Assembly (NCBI GenBank): GCA_016215405.1
Contig: JACRJQ010000007.1
Location: 143 to 64,142, forward strand
Length of the DNA: 64,000 bases
DNA from: Candidatus Tayloriibacteriota bacterium
GTDB taxonomy: Bacteria; Patescibacteriota; Minisyncoccia; Phycocordibacterales; UBA6065
Direction: 5' to 3'
Shown here: in pieces, positions 38,092-46,396 of the stretch
Position numbering within the stretch: the first letter of the stretch is position 1
Layout: each line of letters begins with the position of its first letter
Program-made: the position numbers and the translations under genes
The notes under the pieces: model-generated
The model's database searches: none
What the model was told of the DNA's origin: nothing
Seen by the model: only the letters and a program-made list of their open reading frames with translations

Positions 38092-38961
38092 ATGGTGATA
38101 AAATCACCCCACATGGAATCTGCAAAACCAGCACGGGCGCGACCTTTCGTTAAATGGGCCGGAGGAAAGGGGCAACTTTTGAAACAATTACATCCGCTTT
38201 TTCCTAAAAAATTTTCCACTTATTATGAACCCTTCCTTGGGGGTGGCGCTGTCTTCTTCAGCCTGTCTCCTAAAAAGGCGATTATAAATGATATCAACGT
38301 CACTCTTGCAAATACATATAGACAAATAAGAAGCGATGTCGATTCACTGATTGAGGAACTTAAAAAAATAGAGAAAAAATTCCTCTCAGCGGGTGAAGAT
38401 GGGAGGAGAGAATTCTACTACAAGATACGTGACAGATATAATTCTCTACCTCCTGAAGATCTAAAACGTTGCTCTCTGTTCATATTTCTAAATCGAACAG
38501 GATTCAATGGAATGTATCGAGAGAATTCAAGCGGAAAAATGAATATACCCTTTGGTCGCAACAAAAACCCAAAGATATTAAATGAAGAAAATCTCAGGGC
38601 AATCGCTGAAACTTTACATGACATTGAAATTTCTTCAAATCCGTTTGAAAAAGCGGTGTCTAGGGCAAAAAAGGATGATTTCGTTTATTTTGACCCTCCC
38701 TACGACCCAATCTCTTCTACCTCCAGTTTTACTGCCTATACAGGAAGCAGCTTCGCTCAAGAAGACCAAATCAGACTCAGAGACTTGTTCGTGAAACTCG
38801 ACAAGAAGGGTGTATTCGTGATGCTCAGTAACTCAAGCACACCATTTATAAAAAATCTTTACAAAAACTATCGGCAAGTAAAAGTTCGTGCATCGAGAAT
38901 GATAAATTCCAAAACAGCCGATAGGGGTGAAATAGATGAGCTCGTTGTCCTAAATTACTGA
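38092..38961 (+). CDS. Dam-like (alpha-class, D12) N6-adenine DNA methyltransferase
   Basis: It has FVKWAGGK, EPFLGGGAV (motif I) and FVYFDPPY (motif IV). Its AT-rich codon usage is unlike the host. Confidence 0.9.
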   Translation: MVIKSPHMESAKPARARPFVKWAGGKGQLLKQLHPLFPKKFSTYYEPFLGGGAVFFSLSPKKAIINDINVTLANTYRQIRSDVDSLIEELKKIEKKFLSAGEDGRREFYYKIRDRYNSLPPEDLKRCSLFIFLNRTGFNGMYRENSSGKMNIPFGRNKNPKILNEENLRAIAETLHDIEISSNPFEKAVSRAKKDDFVYFDPPYDPISSTSSFTAYTGSSFAQEDQIRLRDLFVKLDKKGVFVMLSNSSTPFIKNLYKNYRQVKVRASRMINSKTADRGEIDELVVLNY

Positions 38962-39788
38962 GACACCAAATCAGAGAATCGTTTTATAGACAAGTCCAAG
39001 TATTCTTTAGTTTTATCAATACCTATATATTTTCTTCCTTGCATTATCGCAGCAATACCCGTTGTTGAACTGCCGGTAAAAGGATCAAGAACCACGTCCC
39101 CCTCTTTTGTACTTGCAAGAATGATTCTCTTTAAAAGCTCAAGTGGTTTTTGAGTTGGATGTTTGCCAAATTTCTTCTCGGAAGATTTTGACGTGCCAAC
39201 AGACCAAACCGATCTCATTTGCAGACCCGGCTTTTTGAGACCATCTTCGGGCCAATTCCCCTCCTTCATAAGTTCATAATTGAAAGTGTGTTTCGCCTTC
39301 TTCTCTTTTCTTACCCAAATAAGAGTCTCGTGACTTGCTGTAAAAAAACGACAACTCAGATTTGGGGCAGCATTGGGCTTGAACCACGAGATATCATTTA
39401 GGATGTGGTATCCCAAAACCTGTATTGCATGGCCGCATTGGTATATCGAATGATAGGTACCACTTACCCATAAAGTACCATGTGGTTTGAGCACACGTTT
39501 ACAGGCCTCCAACCATCTGTAATGAAAATTATAGTCGGCGTTAAAGCCGCCACTTTTATCCCAATCCCCCTTGTTTACACTCACCATCCGACCCGCATGC
39601 ACAGTAAATCCATCATTTGAAAGATTATAAGGAGGATCGGCGAAAATCATGTCCACCGAATTTTCAGGAAGTTCATTAAGCAACGAGATCGAATCGTCAT
39701 GAAACAACACAAAATTCCGGTCTGAAAAATATGGCTTCTTCTTCACCGATGAGAGAACCTTCTTTTTTGAAGCAAGTGTTTTCATCAC
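38955..39788 (-). CDS. beta-class N6-adenine DNA methyltransferase, DpnA/M.MboIC-like (probably G6mATC)
   Basis: It has IFADPPYNLSN, GDWDK, NPAPNLSCR and KHPTQKP…IILASTKEGD…LDPFTGSSTTG motifs. Confidence 0.88.
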   Translation of the reverse strand: MMKTLASKKKVLSSVKKKPYFSDRNFVLFHDDSISLLNELPENSVDMIFADPPYNLSNDGFTVHAGRMVSVNKGDWDKSGGFNADYNFHYRWLEACKRVLKPHGTLWVSGTYHSIYQCGHAIQVLGYHILNDISWFKPNAAPNLSCRFFTASHETLIWVRKEKKAKHTFNYELMKEGNWPEDGLKKPGLQMRSVWSVGTSKSSEKKFGKHPTQKPLELLKRIILASTKEGDVVLDPFTGSSTTGIAAIMQGRKYIGIDKTKEYLDLSIKRFSDLVSQ

Positions 39789-39848
39789 TGAAATTATAGC
39801 AACTCTCGATCTCTTGTGTTATTCACAAATTTATCTTTTTTTTATCTT

Positions 39849-41552
39849 TTAAATCTTCGTCAACGTGTATATCTCCCCTGCTATATCGCGACCTCTCTGT
39901 TCGATTGCAAGTCGCCAATCAATGTTGAATATATCCTTGTACTTTGATTCAATTTCCTTATTAAACTTAAAATGAGAATTTTTATACACTTCTGTACACT
40001 TCTTTTCTAAAGGCCAATCACTAGCATTTTGGTTATCATCCGGGTGTAGTAAGGTGAGATTTCCAATCAAATGAACATAATCTTTTATCTCTGATTTCCT
40101 TAAATTCCACTTTTTTGGGTCTTGGGGCAGGATATGTTCAATTGAAGTTTTTTTGAATGTGATTTTTCCTCCATCTTTTGCCTCAATAACTTTCTTAAAA
40201 AGAAATTCAGTTAGCTTTGAGTCTGATGTATAAGAAAGATCTGAAACGAAACAATCAATGAAACTTTCTCTGTCCTTCGTTAGGTTCTTCAAGGTATCGA
40301 TAAAATCTTTTGATTTATTTTTTACATCGCAACCGGGAGTTTCTCGAACTATCCTGCAGTAATTCGCGAAATGTTTTTCATACACAGAAGGACTAAGTAT
40401 CGAAAATTTAGCCCGCAAGCAAAAATTCCACAGTAAATTTACTATGTCCCTGAATTGGCCCGGTTTAAATTCCTTGTCTTTCTTGTGTTTTATATAGAGC
40501 GCGACCAAAATCTCATAGACTTGTTGATTATCAATTATTTGGTAGTCCACAAGCGCATCTCTAACCGTAGTATCTAATCCGTCAAAATAATGACTGAATT
40601 GCTTGCTGAAAATAGCGAGATAAAATTTTGAATAATCTCGCAATTGTTGGCAGTAAGCGACTAAATCACCTTTGTTTCTATTTTTTTGGATTTCTTTTTT
40701 TAAGCTTTCATAAAGATCCTTTACAGAAACATATTTATTTTCAGCAATCCATACATGACGTAAAAACTTAGTTATCAAATCTGGTGCCACCTTTTCAAAG
40801 TCGAGCTCCATTTCATCCCAAATTTGCTCGACATCATCTAAACAACCAAGCTTCTCAGCATGACCAAAAAGCTGGTTCTTGATTTGATCTGAGACAGATA
40901 GACCGAGGCCTTTTGAGTTTAATCCCTCGAATGCGTCGAACACCTCTTTTTCCGAATCAAGAATTATTGCCACAACCTGAAGTTCTAAGACTTTGTCTAT
41001 TAGTTCATGCAATTTTTCCAGATCATCACCAATTTTTCCGGTTATTAACTCCTTTAATATTTTGTATGCTCGAATATAAACAAGTTGAGCCTTATCATAT
41101 TTGACTAGTTTTTCATTGTAACGCCCATCAATGAGATCAGTGAAAACCTGATAATACGTATTCTTACGTGGCTTTAGGACATAATAATCACCTCGAGTTC
41201 TCTTGTCCTTATCTTTAAGAAAATCATCAATCCAAGTGACTTTATCGTGATCTTTTTCAGGAAGAATTTCCTTCGCTCTATCACGAAGCGCGATTAACAT
41301 GAGACAGATGGTGGTGAGTCTTTGCTGACCATCAATAATTATCAATCTATTCTCATTGTCTCCATTACCTAAAACACAAACGATATTTCCGATAAAGTAG
41401 GATTTATCATTTGATTCTGTGGCGAAGAAAAAATCAGTCAATTGCTTAGACCCCCACTTATAAGCTCTCTGAAAATTAGGTACACCAAATTTTTTATATA
41501 CATCAACTAAAGTTGCAAAACTGTATTCATTAATGTCATGAAATCTTTTCAT
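39849..41552 (-). CDS. GmrSD-family type IV restriction endonuclease-like protein (DUF262 plus DUF1524/HNH)
   Basis: The N-terminus has NFQRAYKW…IIDGQQRLTT (DUF262, ParB/Srx-like). The C-terminus has …SIEHILPQ…HLIGNLTLL (DUF1524, His-Me finger). Confidence 0.85.
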   Translation of the reverse strand: MKRFHDINEYSFATLVDVYKKFGVPNFQRAYKWGSKQLTDFFFATESNDKSYFIGNIVCVLGNGDNENRLIIIDGQQRLTTICLMLIALRDRAKEILPEKDHDKVTWIDDFLKDKDKRTRGDYYVLKPRKNTYYQVFTDLIDGRYNEKLVKYDKAQLVYIRAYKILKELITGKIGDDLEKLHELIDKVLELQVVAIILDSEKEVFDAFEGLNSKGLGLSVSDQIKNQLFGHAEKLGCLDDVEQIWDEMELDFEKVAPDLITKFLRHVWIAENKYVSVKDLYESLKKEIQKNRNKGDLVAYCQQLRDYSKFYLAIFSKQFSHYFDGLDTTVRDALVDYQIIDNQQVYEILVALYIKHKKDKEFKPGQFRDIVNLLWNFCLRAKFSILSPSVYEKHFANYCRIVRETPGCDVKNKSKDFIDTLKNLTKDRESFIDCFVSDLSYTSDSKLTEFLFKKVIEAKDGGKITFKKTSIEHILPQDPKKWNLRKSEIKDYVHLIGNLTLLHPDDNQNASDWPLEKKCTEVYKNSHFKFNKEIESKYKDIFNIDWRLAIEQRGRDIAGEIYTLTKI

Positions 41553-41620
41553 TTGTACGATTTAGGAGTGCTTTCTAATACCTGTATTATATCGATTTCA
41601 GGATAAACAAAACATAAAAT

Positions 41621-41648
41621 AAACACCCCAACCGCTTGAGGTGTTTGG
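41621..41648 (-). terminator. palindromic terminator-like element downstream of the PspC gene
   Basis: aacaccccaaccgcttgaggtgtt is followed on the minus strand by a U-rich tract. It is a near copy of the element at 53259-53284. Confidence 0.5.
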
Positions 41649-41666
41649 AATGGCTAAAGATAGGCC

Positions 41667-41858
41667 TTATTTCTCCTCCGGGATGACGAAGGTGGCGATG
41701 AGATAGATGAGGGCGCCGGGGAGGAGGCCGGTGACGATCACGACCGCGACCCACACGACCCTCAGCACCGTAGGGTCCATGTCGAGATACTCCCCCACAC
41801 CACCACAAATTCCAGATATCATCCTATTAGTCTTGCTTCTATAGAGCCTTTTATTCAT
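41667..41858 (-). CDS. PspC domain protein
   Basis: It has …MISGICGGVGEYLDMDPTVLRVVWV… and one TM segment. Confidence 0.75.
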   Translation of the reverse strand: MNKRLYRSKTNRMISGICGGVGEYLDMDPTVLRVVWVAVVIVTGLLPGALIYLIATFVIPEEK

Positions 41859-41898
41859 ATATCCATACTACGCGCTGCGAGAGCCCAGGGTTCGAGGC

Positions 41899-41936
41899 AA
41901 AAAAAAGCGGCCGGCCCTGGTAAGGGACGGCCGCGG
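41899..41936 (-). terminator. intrinsic terminator
   Basis: gcggccgtccc…gggccggccgc is followed by U8 on the minus strand. Confidence 0.6.
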
Positions 41937-41954
41937 TAGAAGCAGGCGCGAAGG

Positions 41955-42566
41955 TCAGCGCGAAGAGACGAACGCCGGAAGAGCGTTGATCGGGAGACCG
42001 GTCCTCGCATCGACCGTCTCGCCCTCGTCGTTGACCGCGAAGAAGCGGCCATAGACCGTGGCATACGAGAGCAGAGTCTCGAGCTCTTCCGGCGTCTCGA
42101 CGTCGTCGGCGAGCCGGTAAGGGCGGGAGTCCACGTAGACGATCACGCGGAACATCCCGGAGGAGGCGCGGATATCGGTCTCGGCGACCATCTCCAGAGG
42201 GACGTTCGTCTGAAAGCCGTGGAAGAATTTGTCCTCCCAGCGCAGGGGGTTCTTCGGGTCGTTGCGCGACCCGGTCCGGCGAGCGTTATAGACCTCGTTG
42301 AGGCGGTTGCGGAAGGTATCGATGCCTCCGCAGCGCTCCCCGTTGGGGTGCTGGGTGACCCAGACTTCCGCGAGCTCGCCGTCCTTGTCTTCGGAGCAGA
42401 CGAAGGTGGCGGCGATGCGGGCGATCTTCGGGTTCGTGGTGAGGCATTCGACCTTTACGGCCGAAGCGGTGAAGTCGTGCTTTCTCGACCTGACGAGGAA
42501 CAGTATCTTGTCGGCGGGCATATCGGGATATGGTTGAGGGTGGGACGTTGCAGGGCTCGATACCAC
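41955..42566 (-). CDS. hypothetical protein
   Basis: It is a 203-aa ORF; an alternative start at 42521 (MPADKILF…) is possible. Confidence 0.45.
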   Translation of the reverse strand: MVSSPATSHPQPYPDMPADKILFLVRSRKHDFTASAVKVECLTTNPKIARIAATFVCSEDKDGELAEVWVTQHPNGERCGGIDTFRNRLNEVYNARRTGSRNDPKNPLRWEDKFFHGFQTNVPLEMVAETDIRASSGMFRVIVYVDSRPYRLADDVETPEELETLLSYATVYGRFFAVNDEGETVDARTGLPINALPAFVSSR

Positions 42567-42589
42567 GTTACGCCACAGGGCCTTTTTGT

Positions 42590-42628
42590 CAATAAAAACG
42601 CGGCTGGCCCTGGTGAGGGACAGCCGCG
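42590..42628 (-). terminator. intrinsic terminator, a paralogous copy of the one at 41899
   Basis: gcggctgtccc…gggccagccgc is followed by UUUUUAU. It is about 80% identical to the 41899 element over roughly 55 nt. Confidence 0.55.
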
Positions 42629-42647
42629 ACGGAAACAGGCGCGAGGC

Positions 42648-43001
42648 CTAGCGATCGCTCGATACGAGCGTGGGCGAAGCGGGCTTTTCAACCACGAATG
42701 CGGTCTCGGAGATCTCCGAGAAGCGGCCGTAGAACGACTCGCGCCATTCGCCGTCGCCCGGGGCGCGAGAGGCGTGAAAGACGAGGGTCCGGTCGTCCTC
42801 GCCCTCCTTTGGCAGATTAGGACGATCCCCCACGACCTCGTGGACCGAGACGTGAGTGAGGGCGGAGAGCCGGTCCCTTATGAGGTTTTTGGCCTCGACG
42901 CGGGCGAGCCGGGGATCGGAGGTGTCGAGATTGATCCGGACGAAACATCCCTTCAAAGGGACGGCGCTTACAGACGCTACCACATAGCGATTGTTGTGCA
43001 T
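42648..43001 (-). CDS. hypothetical 117-aa protein
   Basis: It is an ORF with a terminator immediately downstream. Confidence 0.4.
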   Translation of the reverse strand: MHNNRYVVASVSAVPLKGCFVRINLDTSDPRLARVEAKNLIRDRLSALTHVSVHEVVGDRPNLPKEGEDDRTLVFHASRAPGDGEWRESFYGRFSEISETAFVVEKPASPTLVSSDR

Positions 43002-43074
43002 GGATTTAGAAGGCAGGTTCAGAGTTGCAGGCTACCGCACCAAGCTACCCCATCCGAGCGGATTGTCAAAGAGG

Positions 43075-44118
43075 CTATTCGAGGGGCAAGAACCCCAAGA
43101 GGCGCAGGAGGAACGCCGTCGGGAAATCATACCATTTGAAGAAAAACCCCTCGTTCTTGGGGTCGTAGGGCCGCGCTTCCCTTTTCCACTTCTCGACGAT
43201 CGTCCGGAGCTCTCCTACCATGGCGGACTCGTGAAAAAAGACACCTGCCTCCATGTTCATGTTAAAGGAGAACATGTCGAGGTTCTGCGAGCCGATCATC
43301 CCCTCGCGATCGTCGACGAGCATCGCCTTTGCGTGATTCATCCCCCGCAGGAAATAGCAGGAGGCGCCCATATGGACGAAAGACGAGGCAAAGGAGCGGT
43401 TCACGCCGTTTACGAAAGCGTGGTCGGTCGCCTCGGGCATGATGATGTCGACCCTCACGCCGCGCAGTATCGCCTGGTGGATACGCGCCAAAAGCCAGCG
43501 CGGCGGGAAAAGATAGGGCGTGACGAGGACGATGGACGACTGAGCCTTGTCTATCCTCTGGGAATAGTAGTTTCTGAATTCATGGCGCCTCTTGCCGAGC
43601 CCGTGATCGACGAACCAGAGCTGCGCTCGGCGCAAAGGCCCCGCCTTCGTGTTCTTTTGGAGTATCTCGCCTTTGCCCCCGCAGTCGCGGTACGCGCGGC
43701 TAAACGACCTGATGATCGCTTCGACGACATGCCCCGTGACGCGGACCTGCAGGTCGCGCCAGCGCGCGTACCTCTTGCCTACGTTTACTCCGCCGACGAA
43801 CGCCTCCTTTTCGTCTATGACGAGGACCTTTCGATGCATGCGCTGGAAGAAGAAGCTGCAAAAGAGGACCTCCGCGCCAGCCTCGCGCAGCGCCCCTATC
43901 GCCCCGTCGAGCGGATTGAAGCTCCCCACGACGTCGAGGATGACGACCACTCTCACCCCTCTTTTCGCGGCCCGGGAAAGGGACTCCAAGAATTCGCGAC
44001 CCTTCTCGTCGCCCCCGACGATATACATCTGAAGGTATGCCGATGCGGTAGCCCTCTCTATGGCCGCTATCATGCCCTCCCAGGCCTTCTCTGATGTCGT
44101 AAAGATACGGTGATCCAT
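43075..44118 (-). CDS. phospholipase D family protein (cardiolipin synthase-like, two HKD motifs)
   Basis: It has HRKVLVID and HAKAMLVDD HxKx4D motifs. Confidence 0.8.
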   Translation of the reverse strand: MDHRIFTTSEKAWEGMIAAIERATASAYLQMYIVGGDEKGREFLESLSRAAKRGVRVVVILDVVGSFNPLDGAIGALREAGAEVLFCSFFFQRMHRKVLVIDEKEAFVGGVNVGKRYARWRDLQVRVTGHVVEAIIRSFSRAYRDCGGKGEILQKNTKAGPLRRAQLWFVDHGLGKRRHEFRNYYSQRIDKAQSSIVLVTPYLFPPRWLLARIHQAILRGVRVDIIMPEATDHAFVNGVNRSFASSFVHMGASCYFLRGMNHAKAMLVDDREGMIGSQNLDMFSFNMNMEAGVFFHESAMVGELRTIVEKWKREARPYDPKNEGFFFKWYDFPTAFLLRLLGFLPLE

Positions 44119-44330
44119 AAGGGTTACATTATCTCATACCGACAAAAATAGCATTCTTCCTTTCCCTTCTTACCCCCCCCCCCGCCGAGTCCGCGCTCCT
44201 CTGAGCGAGGACATGCCCGAGGAGTAGCCTCCGAGGGATACTTGTACTCCGCAGCGAAGAGAGCGCGGACCGGCTAAAAGAAAAGTTTTAGTCTTGGATT
44301 CTGGCTCGGAGGCCGGAAAGACGGAAAAGA

Positions 44331-45782
44331 TTATTTTTCGAGGTCGAGCACCTCATCTATCCGTATCTTCTCCACGAACTCCGGGACGTGCGAGACCAGT
44401 ATCATCGCTCCCTCGTATCTATCGAGAGCTTCGGCGATCACCGGGATATGGCGGAAGTTTATATGGTTGGTCGGCTCGTCGAGGATAAGGAGCCCTGGCT
44501 TTTGGAGGACGAGGCGGGCGAAGGCGACGAGCCCCTTCTGCCCTTCGGAGAGAGCGCCGATCTTCGTATCCATCATGTCGCCGTGTATGAGAAAGCCCGC
44601 CGCGGTCGCGCGGATGTGCTGCTCGATGTGAGTGGCGGAGGCCGAGAGGAGCGATTCATATACGGTGTCCTCGAAATTCAGGGTCGAGAAGTCCTGGCGA
44701 TAGTAGCCGACGCGGACTCCTTCCGAGATCTTCGCCCCTTCGGACGCTCCGGAAGCGAGGGTCTCGAGGAGGGTCGATTTTCCGATGCCGTTCGGACCCT
44801 TAAGGAGGAGGTGCTGCTTGCGCTTGAGCTTTATGCTGCAGGTCCTCTTGGTCGCTTTGTGGTTCTTTATGACCTTGTACGAGGAGATCTCGATGATAGG
44901 CCCTACGAATTCGGGCTGTGACGGGATAGTGAAGGGCCTTATGGTCTTGTCCTCCTTTCTCACTTCAACGATCTCCTCTTCGAGCTCCTCCGCCTTCTCG
45001 CGCATCCTCTTTGCCACAAGGCGCATCTGGCCGCCCTTGTTCGCGAACATGTTGGCCTGGTCCTTTTTCGCCTGGATCTCCTTTGCGAGGAGCGCGTTCG
45101 CGCGATTCTCCTTCTCTATCCTCGCGGTGATGTCCGCGAGCACGTCTTTGTAGTCGCCTACGTACTGCTCTACCTTCTTCGTATGCACGTCGAGATAGAG
45201 GACGCCGTCGGTGAACGAGTTGAGGAAATCCGCATCGTGCGAGATGACGATGACGGTCCTGTCATATCCTTTGAGGAACGCGGTGAGGTGCTCGATACCC
45301 GCCTTGTCGAGGTTGTTCGTAGGCTCGTCGAGGAGGAGTATGTCGGGATGCTGGATGAGGGCCGAGGCGAGGAGGAGGCGCGCCTGCTGACCGCCGGAGA
45401 ACGACCTGACGATGCGGTCTTTGGGCGCGTGGAAGTTGACGGCCTCGAGCGCGAGGTCGATGCGCGGATCGATGTCATAGACCTTTTCCGTAAAGCACTT
45501 AAGGAAGAAATCGCGCACCGTAAGGTCGAGCTCTCCGCGCGGAATGACCTGTCGGGATATCGCTATGGTAAGGCCGCGACCGGTGCTTATCGATCCTGAT
45601 TCGGGCTTGAGCGCTCCCGTGATAAGAGAGAAGATGGTCGATTTTCCGGCGCCGTTCTGACCCATGATCGTGACCTTCGAACCGCGGCGCACCGAAAAGT
45701 CCGCCTCGTCGAGGATGGGATGGTTGTGCCCGTAATTGAAGGACACCTCGTCGAATCTAAGGACTACGTCTCCGGCTGCCAT
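44331..45782 (-). CDS. ABC-F family ATPase (tandem ABC domains, no TMD)
   Basis: It has two Walker A motifs (GQNGAGKS, GPNGIGKS) and two LSGGQ signatures. Confidence 0.85.
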   Translation of the reverse strand: MAAGDVVLRFDEVSFNYGHNHPILDEADFSVRRGSKVTIMGQNGAGKSTIFSLITGALKPESGSISTGRGLTIAISRQVIPRGELDLTVRDFFLKCFTEKVYDIDPRIDLALEAVNFHAPKDRIVRSFSGGQQARLLLASALIQHPDILLLDEPTNNLDKAGIEHLTAFLKGYDRTVIVISHDADFLNSFTDGVLYLDVHTKKVEQYVGDYKDVLADITARIEKENRANALLAKEIQAKKDQANMFANKGGQMRLVAKRMREKAEELEEEIVEVRKEDKTIRPFTIPSQPEFVGPIIEISSYKVIKNHKATKRTCSIKLKRKQHLLLKGPNGIGKSTLLETLASGASEGAKISEGVRVGYYRQDFSTLNFEDTVYESLLSASATHIEQHIRATAAGFLIHGDMMDTKIGALSEGQKGLVAFARLVLQKPGLLILDEPTNHINFRHIPVIAEALDRYEGAMILVSHVPEFVEKIRIDEVLDLEK

Positions 45783-45878
45783 AAGACTGATAGAGTACCT
45801 TAAAACTCGCGGATTTCAAAGAAAAAGTCCTCTGCGGCGAAGCAGAGGACGCGAGACATTCCCGAAAGGCGCGAGGCC

Positions 45879-46292
45879 TTAGGGCTTGAGGTGCGAGCCT
45901 ACGGGAGGCTTTTCCGTAAAGCTACCGTAGCCCTGGATGCTCCCGGGCATCTCGGCCGGGGATGGGGCGGCGCCTTCGTCGCCCTGTTCGGAGAATCCGT
46001 CGTAGAACTTCTCGGACCAGGGCCCTTGCCGGCCGTTAAAGGCGATGTAGACCGCGGTCCGGACCTTGGGACTCGGGTCGCCGCAGAGGAAATGGGCGAA
46101 GCTCTGGTCGCCGCCGTCAGGGATGCGGTGCAAGATGATCTGGGAGATCTTCGACGCCGCGGGGTCGGACCGGTAGGAGCGCGCCCTGCGGAGCGCTTCG
46201 ACGGGGTCGGAGCCCAGAGGGACGGGCATGACCGAGGTCGGAGAGAGGCTCTGCAGGTTCGGGAAGACGAGGAGCAGGTATTGAGCGTTCAT
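45879..46292 (-). CDS. hypothetical protein (weak)
   Basis: It is a 137-aa ORF with no recognisable domain. Confidence 0.3.
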   Translation of the reverse strand: MNAQYLLLVFPNLQSLSPTSVMPVPLGSDPVEALRRARSYRSDPAASKISQIILHRIPDGGDQSFAHFLCGDPSPKVRTAVYIAFNGRQGPWSEKFYDGFSEQGDEGAAPSPAEMPGSIQGYGSFTEKPPVGSHLKP

Positions 46293-46396
46293 GTAAGGAA
46301 GATACGGGGTTGAGACTCCCCCTCAAGCTACTCCAGGGAGGGGTTTTGTCAAACGAAAGCCGCGCGGGCCGTAAGGCCCGCGCGGCTTTCCCCTCA

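Noticed and set aside
37498-41660. Calling the AT-rich island an integrative mobile element
   Set aside because: No integrase, transposase, recombinase or convincing flanking direct repeats were found. It is reported only as a compositionally foreign island.
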